Origin: Phoronis australis
Taxonomy: Eukaryota; Animalia; Phoronida
Assembly (NCBI GenBank): GCA_002633005.1
Contig: NMRA01000063.1
Span: 1-64,000, forward strand
Direction: 5' to 3'
DNA length: 64,000 nucleotides
Numbering within the stretch: the stretch's first letter is position 1; every line of letters begins with the position of its first letter. The position numbers were made by a program, and so were the translations under genes. The notes below the pieces were generated by a model. It ran no database searches, was not told the DNA's origin, and saw only the letters and a list, made by a program, of their open reading frames with translations. Below are positions 50,948 to 63,078 of the stretch, one piece after another.

Positions 50948-51463
50948 AGGCCCTTTCACACTCACTTTACTCTGGAGTGAGTGGAGTGTCGACGTAAACT
51001 GCGAAGTTAACTGAACTGTACATACCGGCTTCAGTAGTTAATGGACATCGAAGTAAACGGTAGGTGACGCTGTTGTCATCCAAGTAATCACAAAGTAACA
51101 CTGAGGCATTGCGTGCACGCTAAGGTTTTTTAAGTGACATTTTGGGAACATTTACATGAGCTAATTGAAATAAAGTTTGTTCTAATTCGATTGGTCATTA
51201 TCCGAGCAAAATATACGCAACTATTAGCGACGACATTGTCCTGAAATTTTTGACGATAGCAGTGGCCCCTGACAATAACTTTGAAGGGAGCGAAGTTGAA
51301 CGATTCATACTGCTCCACAGAGTCGACACTCCACTGTAAATTCTACCGGTTTGCTGCGAAGTTAACTGGTGCTGTTAACTTCGATCCAGGACCGAAGTTA
51401 ACCGCTCACACTATCCGCAACTACTCAAAACATTGACGTTTCGATGTTAGTATGAAAGGGCCT
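50948..51463. mobile_element. PIF/Harbinger-like MITE
   Basis: AGGCCCTTTCACACT...AGTATGAAAGGGCCT TIRs, 3-bp ATT duplication, internal CGAAGTTAAC repeats. Confidence 0.72.
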
Positions 51464-51554
51464 ATTGAGGCTAAAATAGATTTTAAACAGTCAAGTAATG
51501 GACTAAAAAAATTACTGGACTAATGCAGATTTCATTAGATGTCCATTTTTATTA

Positions 51555-52625
51555 CCGTATTCGCCCTAATAACCGCCAAGACCATTGAAACCCGGTCTCC
51601 GAAACGGGTGAAATCGATAGCTAAGATTCATCATATTTACGCTCTGTGACGTATTTATAACCTATGACAGACTTTCTACAAAATTGTGGTGCGTTGCTAT
51701 AAAACTTTGCTGTAAAATCACAATCAATTTACAGAAAATTGTGCATAAATCTCAGGGTGAAAACTTGCCAACTGACTGCCTTGCAATCGTCGATATGGCA
51801 GTTCAACCCAAGCAAATTATTTGAAATCCTCCTTTTAAGTTCCCGTGGAGTCAGCATTAACGGCAAGTTAAGTCCAATCTGAGCTAGATCGTGCCATCTA
51901 TGATCGTAGGCCTACTCGGTAACACGAGAAAAAAAATCTCTGGACATGTTGTCATGTGACTTTTGTTTTGAAGTTCATCTGCATGTGTAAGCAAGCGCGT
52001 GCGTGTCACCAGACTTCATTTGCCACAGTAAACGCAATCTAATGAGCTAGGTGTGCATTGCATCTAAAGAAATTAGCACAAGTAGAAAGCAGAATGCGTT
52101 TCATTCAGCACTTGCCGGTCTCATCTGCTAAAAAACGTTCGACAGTTGTCTCGTTAAGACCCATATTAGTCACCGTGTGGCTGGATGCATACGTGAATGT
52201 TTGACAGTAATTTATCGGTGTAAGGGTGTGTAAGCATTCAATGTCAGTAAATAACGCATAACTCTTTTATGGTATTAGAAACTATCAGAAATTAGTGCCA
52301 AAATTTATTTCTTGCTGATGTTGTACAACCCGTTTCATGAATGGATAGTTCCCGAGTAATGTCTTTGATGACAGCCAGTACATGTATGTAGCGCGCGCTT
52401 CCTGGCCACGTACTTTTGACGCCGGTCGATTTTTTCATTACTAGTCTTCGATTCGCAGTTTTCATGTGTACAAAGAAATTTGTATTCCTGTTGAGGGCGT
52501 GAAATAACTACAACACATTTTTCGCACGTACACGTTCATGGACTGGGCGCTTATTTCAGCAAAGTCTGAAAACAAGTGAGGGAGGGCGCTAATAGGGGCA
52601 TGGGTGGTTATTAGGGCAAATACGG
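51555..52625 (+). mobile_element. TA-TSD TIR element, copy 2 (opposite orientation)
   Basis: TA|CCGTATTCGCCCTAATAACC ... GGTTATTAGGGCAAATACGG|TA; SSIRSFHVYKEICIPVEG remnant at ~52445-52500. Confidence 0.85.
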
Positions 52626-53143
52626 TACACAAATTTCACGAAATAAACACAATTTCTTAAGCACATTAGCCTTGTGTGCTTGTATAAGAAAGTAAGCACA
52701 ACTGGAATACAACTTCTTTAAAATGATATTGGCTGTCAGAATTTGAAGAAGGGGTGCAGCTTTAAGATGTTCCATGGTAAAAGACATAAGAATTAAGTGA
52801 GCAATTGCGATGTCAAATAGCATTTATAAAGTAGACATTAACAAGGTTTAATGGTCAGGTAAGAGCCTAAGTGGTGAGAGAGTGTCATCAAATTCCGCTT
52901 GCAATCACCTGTGGAAAACTAATGGAGCACAGAAGTGCAGAGGAGGGACTGGGTCAGGCATTGCCAGACGGCCTTATATCAAACAAATGGCTGTTGATGA
53001 GACTGAAAATGCACGTGTGAAGGAGCATGCTAGCATATCCACATGCACACACCTACTCCCCAACACGCACCCCCCACACACACACACACCCATACACCCA
53101 CACCCCCACACACGCACAAATTCGATATGAATTCTTCAATTTG

Positions 53144-53653
53144 CAGGGCTTGGAATAACCAATGACAAAAAACGCGGAAACTTTTACGGCCCAAAACATG
53201 CACGCTACCCGGCCTTGAAATAGCCGATGTGAACCTTTCGCCGACAAAATTCGGTAGGACTGAAAAAAAAAAAACGCTACCACCATCAGTAGCGTGCGTC
53301 TGCGTCTTTTTATCTCGTCCATCCACTCCTCCACTCCCATTCCCACACATTTTTGGCTGCAGAGCCGCATTATTTGTCACCGCGGTTTACAATCACACGA
53401 GACGCCATTGAAAATCCCACCACGCTATCCCAGATGCCCCGGCAATGTTGACAATTTACGTTCCTCCTAAACATAAAGAGCAACTTCCGCTTTTCGAGGT
53501 GAACGTCTTCGGCAACGTCGCGGTAAGAAAGGAATTTGCCGCGGAAATTTTATATCATATCCGATTTTTTTACGCGGAAATATAATAAAATACGCGGAAA
53601 GAACATTTGAAAAAAGCGAAAATCCGCATTTCCGCGGAAAATTCCAAGCCCTG
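53144..53653 (+). mobile_element. hAT-like MITE with 6-bp TSD (AATTTG)
   Basis: CAGGGCTTGGAAT...ATTCCAAGCCCTG TIRs; perfect 6-bp flanking duplication. Confidence 0.85.
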
Positions 53654-53717
53654 AATTTGGGACAAAACCAAATATCATTATTTTGCCATTACGATGGCTG
53701 ATTGTGTAAACAGCAAA

Positions 53718-53972
53718 AATTACTGGTAACAAATATTGCAGCGACAATATTGTAATAACTTGTAACAACTATTACAGCGGCAATATCGTAATAACTGGTA
53801 ACAACTATTACAGCGGCAGTATTGTAATTACTGGTAACAACTATTACAGCGGCAATATTGTAATAACTTGTAACAACTATTACAGCGGCAGTATTGTAAT
53901 TACTGGTAACAACTATTACAGCAGCAATATTGTAATTACTGGTAACAACTATTACGGTGGCAATATTCTAAT
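53718..53972. repeat. ~36-bp minisatellite, ~7 copies
   Basis: ACTGGTAACAACTATTACAGCGGCAATATTGTAATT-like units. Confidence 0.9.
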
Positions 53973-54136
53973 TGCACATAATGGGTTAGCCAAGTTACTA
54001 CCTTTAATTGTCGGTCATGAGAGAAGGCTACTCTGACTATGAATTCTATCTCGCCGTCATGACGGGGAAACCTGGGTCATTTCGTCAAAACACTTTTGGC
54101 ATGCACGGTAGTCTAATGTTGAAGCACTGTCATTAC

Positions 54137-54186
54137 CTTCTATGGTAGTGAGTCCTTCTTTCACCAGTTTCTGAGCAGCTGCAGGA
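54137..54186 (-). CDS. POLB: POLB coding exon: PAAAQKLVKEGLTTIE
   Basis: 50 nt, caCAG/GTAATG boundaries, phase consistent with neighbours. Confidence 0.94.
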
Positions 54187-54299
54187 CTGTGAGCAAGTAT
54201 GAAAAGAATCACCCAAAAATAACAAAATTCTGCCAAACGATATCTATTTAAAGATTACAATGAACAACTAAACTACAAAGAAACTTTTCCAAAAGGAAA

Positions 54300-54562
54300 T
54301 CAACACATGATGATCTATACAGAGAAACATGTCTAGCAGATATACCACATGATTATCTTTTGAGAGAGAGACATGTCTAGCAGATATACCACAATTATCT
54401 GTATAGAGAGAGACATATCTACCAGATATACCACATGATTATCTATATAGAAAGAGACATGTCTAGCAGTTGGTTATCCAAATAGAGAGACACGTCAAGC
54501 AGATTTACCACATGATAATCTATAGAGACATGCCTAGAAGAGATAGCCCACCATTATCTATA
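54300..54562. repeat. ~44-bp degenerate minisatellite, ~6 copies
   Basis: AGAGAGACATGTCTAGCAGATATACCACATGATTATCT-like units. Confidence 0.85.
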
Positions 54563-55333
54563 TATTCTAAAACTATTCTAAATCACTCCTCTGGCAGACT
54601 CCTACAAAAAGTGATTCCAAAAATGTTCATCTTCCACTCCACTCGCGACCCTTTTCCACTGACCTCAAAAATGTAAACCTTGGCATGAATCTCCTTCCGC
54701 AGCATAAGTGTAGTGTGATAAGATAGATACTTACACACCTTATAACAATTGCAACAAGAGCAACGCAGAGTGTTGAAATGCGTCCACGAATGCATCGCAA
54801 ATGGTGTGCTTTTAGGCTTATTTATTTGTATCATAAAAATGGCCACAAGATGGCGCAAAAACATACAATCCATCAAAAAACTGGAACATGCCATATTTTA
54901 TAAAAATGTGTCAAGAAACTTCAGAAAAACAAAGGAAAACAGAATAAAATGAAATTGTCACTTAAGTGGGCCACAGTGTCCGTTGAATCCCCCTGAAAGT
55001 CGTTGAAATCTGTTGTTATCTTCATTACAAATGCACTCACTAAATTTAATAAAGATCCTGCAGTGGGTTTAGGAGATACAGCTATGGGCAAAAAACAAAA
55101 CACAGCTACCACTAGGAGGAGCCACAGCAGTCAGTCGCCATCATCAAACGTCATCCCTTTTACACTGAGAACATATATGCCATTTTTTAAAACCATCCCT
55201 AGAATGATTTGGTTGACAGAAGGGTGGATGCCAAAAACAAGATTCGAAAACGGCAAAAATGGCAACCAGGTGGCGCAAAATACCTCGATTCCATCCAAAA
55301 ACAGGAGGATAGCGTCACCTCACCAATACATGG

Positions 55334-55785
55334 CAGGGGTTAGAATGACCCATGACAAAAAAAGCGGAAATTTTTACGACTCCAAATATGCATGCACCCA
55401 TCCTTGAAAACGGAGGGGGGGGCTCGAATTTTTCTCGATGTGGACGTCCTTTTAGCTTGTCCGTCCACTTCCACCTCCACACATTTTTGGCTGCAGAGTC
55501 GTAGTATTTGTCACCGCGATTTAAAATGTCATGAGACGCCATTGAAGAAGACCACGCTATTCCAGGTGCCCCGGCAATGATGACAATTTACGTTCCTCTG
55601 AAACATAAAGAGCAGCTTCTGCTTTTCGAGGTGAAAGTCGTCGGCAATGCTGTGGTAAGAAAGAAATTTTCCACGGAAATTTTACATTAAGTCCAATTTT
55701 TTTACGCGAAAATATAATAAAATACGTGGACAAAACATTTGAAAAAAGCAGAAATCCGCGTTTCCGCGGAAAATTCCAAGTCCTG
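55334..55785 (+). mobile_element. Older copy of the 6-bp-TSD hAT-like MITE
   Basis: Same internal sequence; decayed TIRs and TSD (ACATGG/AGATGC). Confidence 0.75.
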
Positions 55786-56300
55786 AGATGCCTATATTCA
55801 AAATTTTAATGAAAATCTATTGAGGACCTTTGAACATACAGAGTTAAACACTAAAAACTGAAATTGCCACTAGGGGGCGCACCAGCAGTCAGATCCGTCA
55901 AAAAGTTCTCGCTGTTCATTGCCTACATCATACAAATACACTTTCTAAATTTAGTAAAGATCCTGCGAACGGTTTAGAAGACACAGGCATAGGCGCAAAA
56001 AAACAAAACTGTGACTACGAGGCGCAACAGTACTTGAACTTGTCGGAAAATCATCATCAGTCGTCCACTTCACAGTATGAACGTACATGCCAATTTTCAT
56101 AACCATTCTACAAGCGGTTTGGTTTATAGAGGGGTGGACGCAAAAAAGACTCGAAAACAGTAAAAATGGCCACTAGGTGGCGCAAACTATGTCGCATCCA
56201 TCCGGAAACGGGAGAACAATGTCATCTGACTAATACGTGCCAACATGTCGAATTTTATGAAAATCCGTTGAACACTTTTGAAGATACAGAGGTAAATGTA

Positions 56301-57482
56301 AACTAGAAAGATTATTGTCACGGCGTGACAGCAACCCGTTTACCAATATGAAAATTAATTCTTTAAAATTGTAGGAGAAATTACATGTTAATATTTTGAT
56401 GACCTTTCCACTAATTGACCTCTTCCGGTGCATTATGAGCCCCGATGAGAGAATAATTGTAAACGCGATTAAAAGTGTGGTTAACGCTAATAATCACAGA
56501 TGTTTTACTTTAAGCACTTCAGAATACAAGATGAATGAAGTGGTCAAACTTTCAAAAGAAAAATGCACCTAATGACCCCATGGGTGCACCAAATGACTTG
56601 AAAATTTAGAATTCAAACTCAATCACACTTAGTAAACAGATACGTAATTCTGAAGTCTCTAGCTCAAAATTTTAGTTTGCACTCAATGACCTTTGACCAA
56701 TTTTTTCTGATTGGTAAGGCCTATTGCGAAGTAAAGTAGGGCATTCAATTGGCATGTTGACTTACACCAGTGTGCTGAAATTGAAATGAATTCGTTGAAA
56801 AACGTAAGAGATATAACATTTTGAACGTTACACGACCTTTGCACTAATTGACCTCATCCGGTGTATTTTAAGCATCTTTAGGAGAATTATTGCAAAGCCC
56901 ATGGAAAATGTGTTTAATGCTGAGAATCACAGCTGTCTAACGGTTGACACATCAGAATACTTGCTGATTGAAAAGGTCAAATTTTCAGAAGAAAAATGCA
57001 CCTAATGACCCCATGTTTGCACTAAATGACCTGAAACTTTAGATTTCGATTTGATTTACCTGTGGCAATCAGACCAGTCAATTTGAAGTGTCTAGCTCAA
57101 AATTTTAGCTTGCACCTAATGACCTTTGACCTATTTCACCTGATTGATTGACCCGATTACTTAGAAAAGTAATTTTTTAAATTGTCCTGTTGACTTATAC
57201 CTGTGCACCGAATTTGAAAAAGATAGCTTTAAAACTGAAGGAGTAGCATTTTGAAAATTACATGACCTTTGTACCAAACGACCTCTTCCGGTGCAATATG
57301 GAATATGATTATATAACCAATCAAAATTTATATACTGTCAAAAGTCATATGCTGAATTTAAAGACCGTACCAGCACCCAATTTGGAGTTATTCAGCCTCA
57401 AAGTTGTTCGGAAGAAGAATAAAAATAAAATTAAAGAAAACACAGGAACAACAGTACTCTGCGCTTACACGCGCAGAGTAAA
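56301..57482 (-). mobile_element. Family A Helentron-like element nested in a family B copy
   Basis: Reverse complement of ~7160-8392; inserted into an A/T run of the host repeat with no TSD. Confidence 0.85.
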
Positions 57483-58037
57483 AACTAAAATTGCCACTAG
57501 GGGGCACACCGGTAGTTGGATCCGTCCGAAAGTTGTCCTCATCTGTTGTCAACGTCACATAATTACACTTCCTAAATTTAGTAATGATCCTTCAAACGGT
57601 TTAGGAGAGACAGCCATAAGCGCAATAAAAACAAAACTGCCACTAGGAGACACCACAGAAAAGCAAATCGTAGGAAAATCAGCGTCAGCCATTCAATTCA
57701 TAGTAAAAACATACATGCCAATTTTCACAATCATCCTTTAAGTGGTTTGGTTGATAGAGGGGTGGAAGCAAAAAACAGACTCGAAAACAGTAAAAATGGC
57801 CACTAGGTGGCGCAAACTACGTTGAACCCATCCGAAAACGGCAGTACAGCGTCAACTCACTAGTTGGTGCCTATATACCAAATTTTATGAAAATCCGTTC
57901 AGGACTTTTGAAGATATACAGTAAACGTAAAAAACTAAAATTGCCACTAGGGGGCACACCGGTAGTCGGATACGTTCGAAAGCTCGCTCATGCCATACCA
58001 TCCACGGAAGGAACACATGCAAAATTTCATGAACATA

Positions 58038-59384
58038 CCGTATTCGCCATAATAACCGCCCATGCCCCTATAAGCGCCCCCCCACGCGTTTTGAGACTGC
58101 TGAAATAAGCGCCCAGTCCATGAACGTGTACATGTGAACAATGACGTACCTTCAGTCCTAAAACTCAGATACAGTAACGTCTTCAATTTATCAAAAAAGT
58201 TTTACACGGGTCTTCTAGACCACCAGCGGCACTGCTACGTTTGTATTTAGCCGTGACTATACACTTCAAAGTAACACAGCCCTTCAAAAAGAACGCAACA
58301 GCGTTGCTACTTTCGCGACGACCGTGTCCCACTATGATCTGACCTTTCAGTAGACACATCGACTGTCTTACGAACAAAAATAACTCGGTGTTAAACGCAC
58401 GTGGCCAGAAAGCGCGCGATACATATATGAACCTAGCTGTCATCAAAGACATTAGTCGGGAACTATTCATTCATGAAACGGGTAGCATAGCATCGGTAAG
58501 AAATGAATATTGGCCCTTATTTCCGACAATTTCTAATACTATAAAACATGTTTGCGTTATTTTTAGATGGATTGTTTGATTAACCATAATTGGTGTTTTT
58601 AAGCCGAATATCCAATAAAATGACAACTGACAGTGAATGCTTACACACCCTTACACCGAAAAATAACTGTCAGATAGTTACGTACGCATCCAGCTACACG
58701 GCGACTAATATGGGCGGCATAATATGGGCCTTACCAAAACAAATGTCTAACGTTTTTAGCACGAGACCGGCAAGTGCTGAATGAAATACGCTCTGGTTCA
58801 GGCCTACTGCTTGTGCAAATTTCTTTAGACGCAATGCACATCTAGCTCGTTAGAATGCGTGGCTCTGGCCAAAAGACGGTCTCTGCTTTGGCAAATGAAC
58901 TCTGGTTACACGCACGCGCTCGCTTACTCTCAGACGAACTTCAAAACAAACGTCACGTGACAACAACATGTGTGTTCGTCCAGACATTTTTCTCGCCGTG
59001 TTGCCGATCATACATGTAGATGGCACGATGTTGCGCAGATTTGTACTTAAAACTGCCGTAAATCCAGACTCCACGGGAACTTAAAAAAAAGTCTTAGGGA
59101 AGCTACTTAGAAAACTTAATGAGGATTTCAGGTAATTTGCTTGAGTCGAATCTGTTTTTATTCAGGCACTGAAGTCGCCATATCGAAGACGGCGATTTTG
59201 AGGCAGTCAGTCCGCGAGTTTTCGCCCTGGGATTTCAGCACAATTTTCTGTAAAATGATCGTAATTTAGCAGCAAAGTTTGATAGCAATGCACCACAGTT
59301 ATGTTGGAAGTCTTTCATAGATTACAGATACGTCACAGACCGGGTTTCAACCGCCGCCCTGGGCGGTTATTACGGCGAATACGG
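58038..59384 (-). mobile_element. TA-TSD TIR element, copy 3
   Basis: TA|CCGTATTCGCCATAATAACCGCCCA ... TGGGCGGTTATTACGGCGAATACGG|TA; IVGH...CIVTAKYKRSSAAGGLEDPC remnant. Confidence 0.85.
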
Positions 59385-59640
59385 TAGGTCAAGGCGTTTT
59401 GGAGATAGAGCAGCGGAAGCCGGACGGACGGACGAACGGAGATGACAGCATAATGCGTCCACATATAAATATGTGGGCGCATAAAAATAGAAATACTTTT
59501 GGATAAAAATACCCAGCCCAAATGGTGAAGCTGCAGTGACACCACCTTCTGGCAAAAAGATAACATTTGCTTTAGCCCACCAATTACCTGTTATAAAACT
59601 TGTCTGAACTTGGAACTGATTTCTGGGCTTGGGGAAAAAA

Positions 59641-59870
59641 TAATTGCAGGCGGTCTGATACACGTTGTACCAGACGTGCGCAGGCCTCGCATTTGGGCCC
59701 ATTGCACTGATCACTTGGAAATATTTTTATGCTTTATTAATATATGGTTAAAATCGAGCTGAGGAGCTAGAAACCTGGCTCAAGGGTTTAGCAGTGTGAC
59801 CTGGTGGGACTCAAACCCACGACCTCGAGTAAAGAAAGCGGGCACTTATCAACCAGGCCACACTGCCCCC
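59641..59870 (-). mobile_element. tRNA-derived SINE
   Basis: Minus strand GGGGGCAGTGTGGCCTGGTTG (A box) and GGTTTGAGTCCC (B box); the 3' part recurs in reverse at ~38300-38382. Confidence 0.55.
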
Positions 59871-60233
59871 TTATAGTCTAGTATTTCTGGAGGTCCTGCT
59901 CAGCACATAAAATTATCTGCTAGGTCAAGCCAACTTGTTGACTCTCATAATGACGTGCCAGTAACTCCCAGTGTAAGGAAGATGTGAGCAGTTTTATGAC
60001 ATGTCTCAAGTGTTCCAAGTCGAAATTCATTGTCCGACAGAAAATTGGGAAATGGCAGCTTTAAATACCAATTTATACAGCTATATCCAGCATTCACTTA
60101 TTATTAACATAAAACCATGGCAACGAACAAAAGTAAAAGACAGCAACAATAATAAAGACGGCAATAATAGTAGAAAAAAAAACAGTTTCCACAGCGACCA
60201 TACCTGTACTGTAAAAATGCCATTAATACATAC

Positions 60234-60292
60234 CCTATGCCAGTGACCTTCGTGAGCAGATTGATGGCTATGGATGTGTCATCGGCCCGGAT
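60234..60292 (-). CDS. POLB: POLB coding exon: IRADDTSIAINLLTKVTGIG
   Basis: 59 nt, ttaCAG/GTATGT boundaries; matches [20 protein letters not shown]. Confidence 0.96.
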
Positions 60293-61616
60293 CTGTAAAC
60301 AGATGAAGAGTAGTTCAGGCTTTTTGGAATAAAGCAAAATTCTTTTTCATTATTACAACTTTTTAAATGCTTTAGCCTTGTCCATCAAACACTGCTTTCA
60401 AATCACACAAAACATACAGTAATAGAGAAGGACAGTGGCATGAAATTTATTACTGCGACCACCGCCACCTAGTGATGCATTATTTAGCTTATATTGGAAG
60501 ATAAGCATAACAAATCGTTTCAGAATCATATTTGGCTTGAAATCACACATTGATTTCAAATGGATGGAATACCAGGTCATATATTAGGGATAGAAAAAAA
60601 CAATGACTTTTTAACTGAGCTTCATTAACGCCTTTCAGATCTACATGAAATGAAACAATGATCGCAACATCAAATTTTAAGGTTATAAGAAGTAAGACAC
60701 AATGGTTTACATCTGACAAGAATAAGTGTTTCTTATTTACATCTCAAGTCAGTACATTTCAAGTGATGCATATTAAACATGTCCTATAGAAGTGCTGCGC
60801 ATAAACAGTGAATGAGTTCAGTCAACTGAGACTGGTCAATGAAGATACCGTCACCGGGACAACCAGCATTTTTAGTTGCAGAATGTCTAGCCAGTTGCAT
60901 GACATGCTGTCACCATAGTAACTGGCTTAAATTAGTTTAAAATGCCCAGACATGAGGCATTTTAACAAATCAGGTCAATTCTAGGTACAACCACCTAAAG
61001 GTCAGGTCACAAGTCAGGTCAAAGGTTGCAGCAAAACCTCAGCAAATTTAGGACACAATACAAGTGACGATTATCTTACAAACACCGTCATATGTAGTGA
61101 GAAATTGTAGGGATTTGCAAAAACATCAAATGTTAAAATTCTTTTTGTTGGAAACTGGTAAGATTTTACCAATAATTATATAGTTTCTGATGTTGAAAAG
61201 GCCAAAGACCAATGTGCTACACAAATACTACAAGTAGATTTCTGTACCTGCCATACCAGAAGGCTGTTTCTGGTGGATACCAAAACGTTTGCACTTCATT
61301 ACAAAATGAACTTAAAGAACAGTAACACTGACTGCACTTAACATATGACTGACAAATTATCTAAAGCTCAAGCAACAAAAGCATTTAATGTATCACAAAT
61401 TCCATAAATGCAAAATTTTCTTGGTACTTCCACGAACCCAAACAAAGTCATTCTGCCAATAGTGGTGCACAGCTTATTTTAGTCTTAATTGTGTAAACAG
61501 GCCGCTGCTGTATTCAGACTGAAAGAGTTGTGCAAAAAGGTCATAACCAGTAACTTTTCAAAACACAATAGTTGATAATCATCGACAAACAAATACATTA
61601 GAGATGCCCAAAACAC

Positions 61617-61691
61617 CTTTTCAAGTTTCTCCAGCTTTCCAGTGGCAAGGAACTCATCTATTTTTTTCCCAATCTTGTCACCAATACCGTC
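61617..61691 (-). CDS. POLB: POLB coding exon: DGIGDKIGKKIDEFLATGKLEKLEK (helix-hairpin-helix, lyase Lys72 equivalent)
   Basis: 75 nt, tttTCAG/GT boundaries, KIDEFLATGKL motif. Confidence 0.96.
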
Positions 61692-62790
61692 CTGAAAATA
61701 AAACAACTTAAAACAGAACAACATCACAGCTTATTTATCAAACAAAAAATGAAAACAATTTTTGACTTGTACAGCAGTCTTAGTGCAGTAGTTCTTGGTT
61801 TATTTAAAAGGTTACAAAACCCGGTTTTGATGATTTCAACCAATCCTCATTCTGTCACTTGCTAATGCAGCCTTGATGTCAATCGTCCACATTAAAGGCA
61901 GGAATCAACTAAAAACTCATACTCCCTATCTCACAAATGGAATATTGTGGTCCTTGGTGGGTGGTCTCCTACAGTTGCAGTGTGACCTGCTAAAAGTGCA
62001 GGTCACACTTGCCTGTTTAGCAGTCTCTGTAAGGAGTAGTCAAACTTTCCTCCAAACGTTACAGAGTATATATCTTGTTTCAGAGAACGGGATGGAAAAG
62101 TCTTTTTTAGCATCTGTTAATAGACCAAAACCAGGTTTGGTATCCTATTAACACACAATATGTGAAATAAGTGAAATTCTATTTTGTCAAATTTTCCCAC
62201 AAATAAAAAGATTAAGAAAAGTTTTAGTCTACTACTAGCAAGGTAGGTATGGTGTAGATGTCATATAACAATTTTTGGTGAATTTTCTATTATTTGCAGT
62301 AATCAACCTTTGAAAAATGGAAAAAAGACAATTTTGAAAATTATTTTTGTCAAACACAAGTGAAGAATTATCATACTACGGTTTGCATTATTTTTGTACC
62401 AATCCTTTTAAGATACCAAAACTTTTCTGTTCCTCTGATCACCATAGGAAAATCATACAGGGTCACTTAAAGGGGTGCAGCATTTTGAGGCTCAGTTTTC
62501 TCCACAAAATAATGGGCATCAGATTGGTTCTCAAAATCCAGGACCTCTATCACCCCGACATATATTGCATACAAACTAAGCAGTATTCCTCAGACTCGGT
62601 AAGAAGTCTAGCAATGGGCAAACATAACTCTGTTCTGCCTCCATCAACGATGTTGAAACACAGTACCAAGCTTATGGGTACTCTCCTTATTTTGCACAAT
62701 TTTCAAAGGCCGATTACCTTGCTGCAAATAACAGAAACATTTCCAAATGCTGTTTTATTGCATCAACTCTAGTTGTTTTACTTCAGGTAT

Positions 62791-63078
62791 TCAATGTTGG
62801 CTTCAGTTCCGTTCAATGTATGCAACTCATTTTTTGGCTTCAGTTCCGTTCAATGTATGCAAATCATTTTTTGGCTTCAGTTCCATTCAATGTACGCAAA
62901 CCATTTTTTGGCTTCAGTTCCATTCAACGAATGCAAACCATTTTTTGGCTTCAGTTACATTCAATCTATGCATACCATTTTTTTGGCTTCAGTTCCATTA
63001 AATGGATGCATACTCCAGTTTTTGGCTTCAGTTCCATTAAATGTATGCATACCAGTTTTTTGGCTTCAGTTCCATTCA
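62791..63078 (-). repeat. 37-39-bp minisatellite x8 overlapping a POLB exon end and donor site
   Basis: TGGCTTCAGTT(C/A)C at 62798, 62835, 62872, 62909, 62946, 62984, 63023 and 63061. Confidence 0.95.

Larger units (their letters stand above)
54753..59487 (-). mobile_element. Family B copy hosting three nested elements
   Basis: Both family termini present; host sequence is continuous across inserts 55334-55785, 56301-57482 and 58038-59384. Confidence 0.78.
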
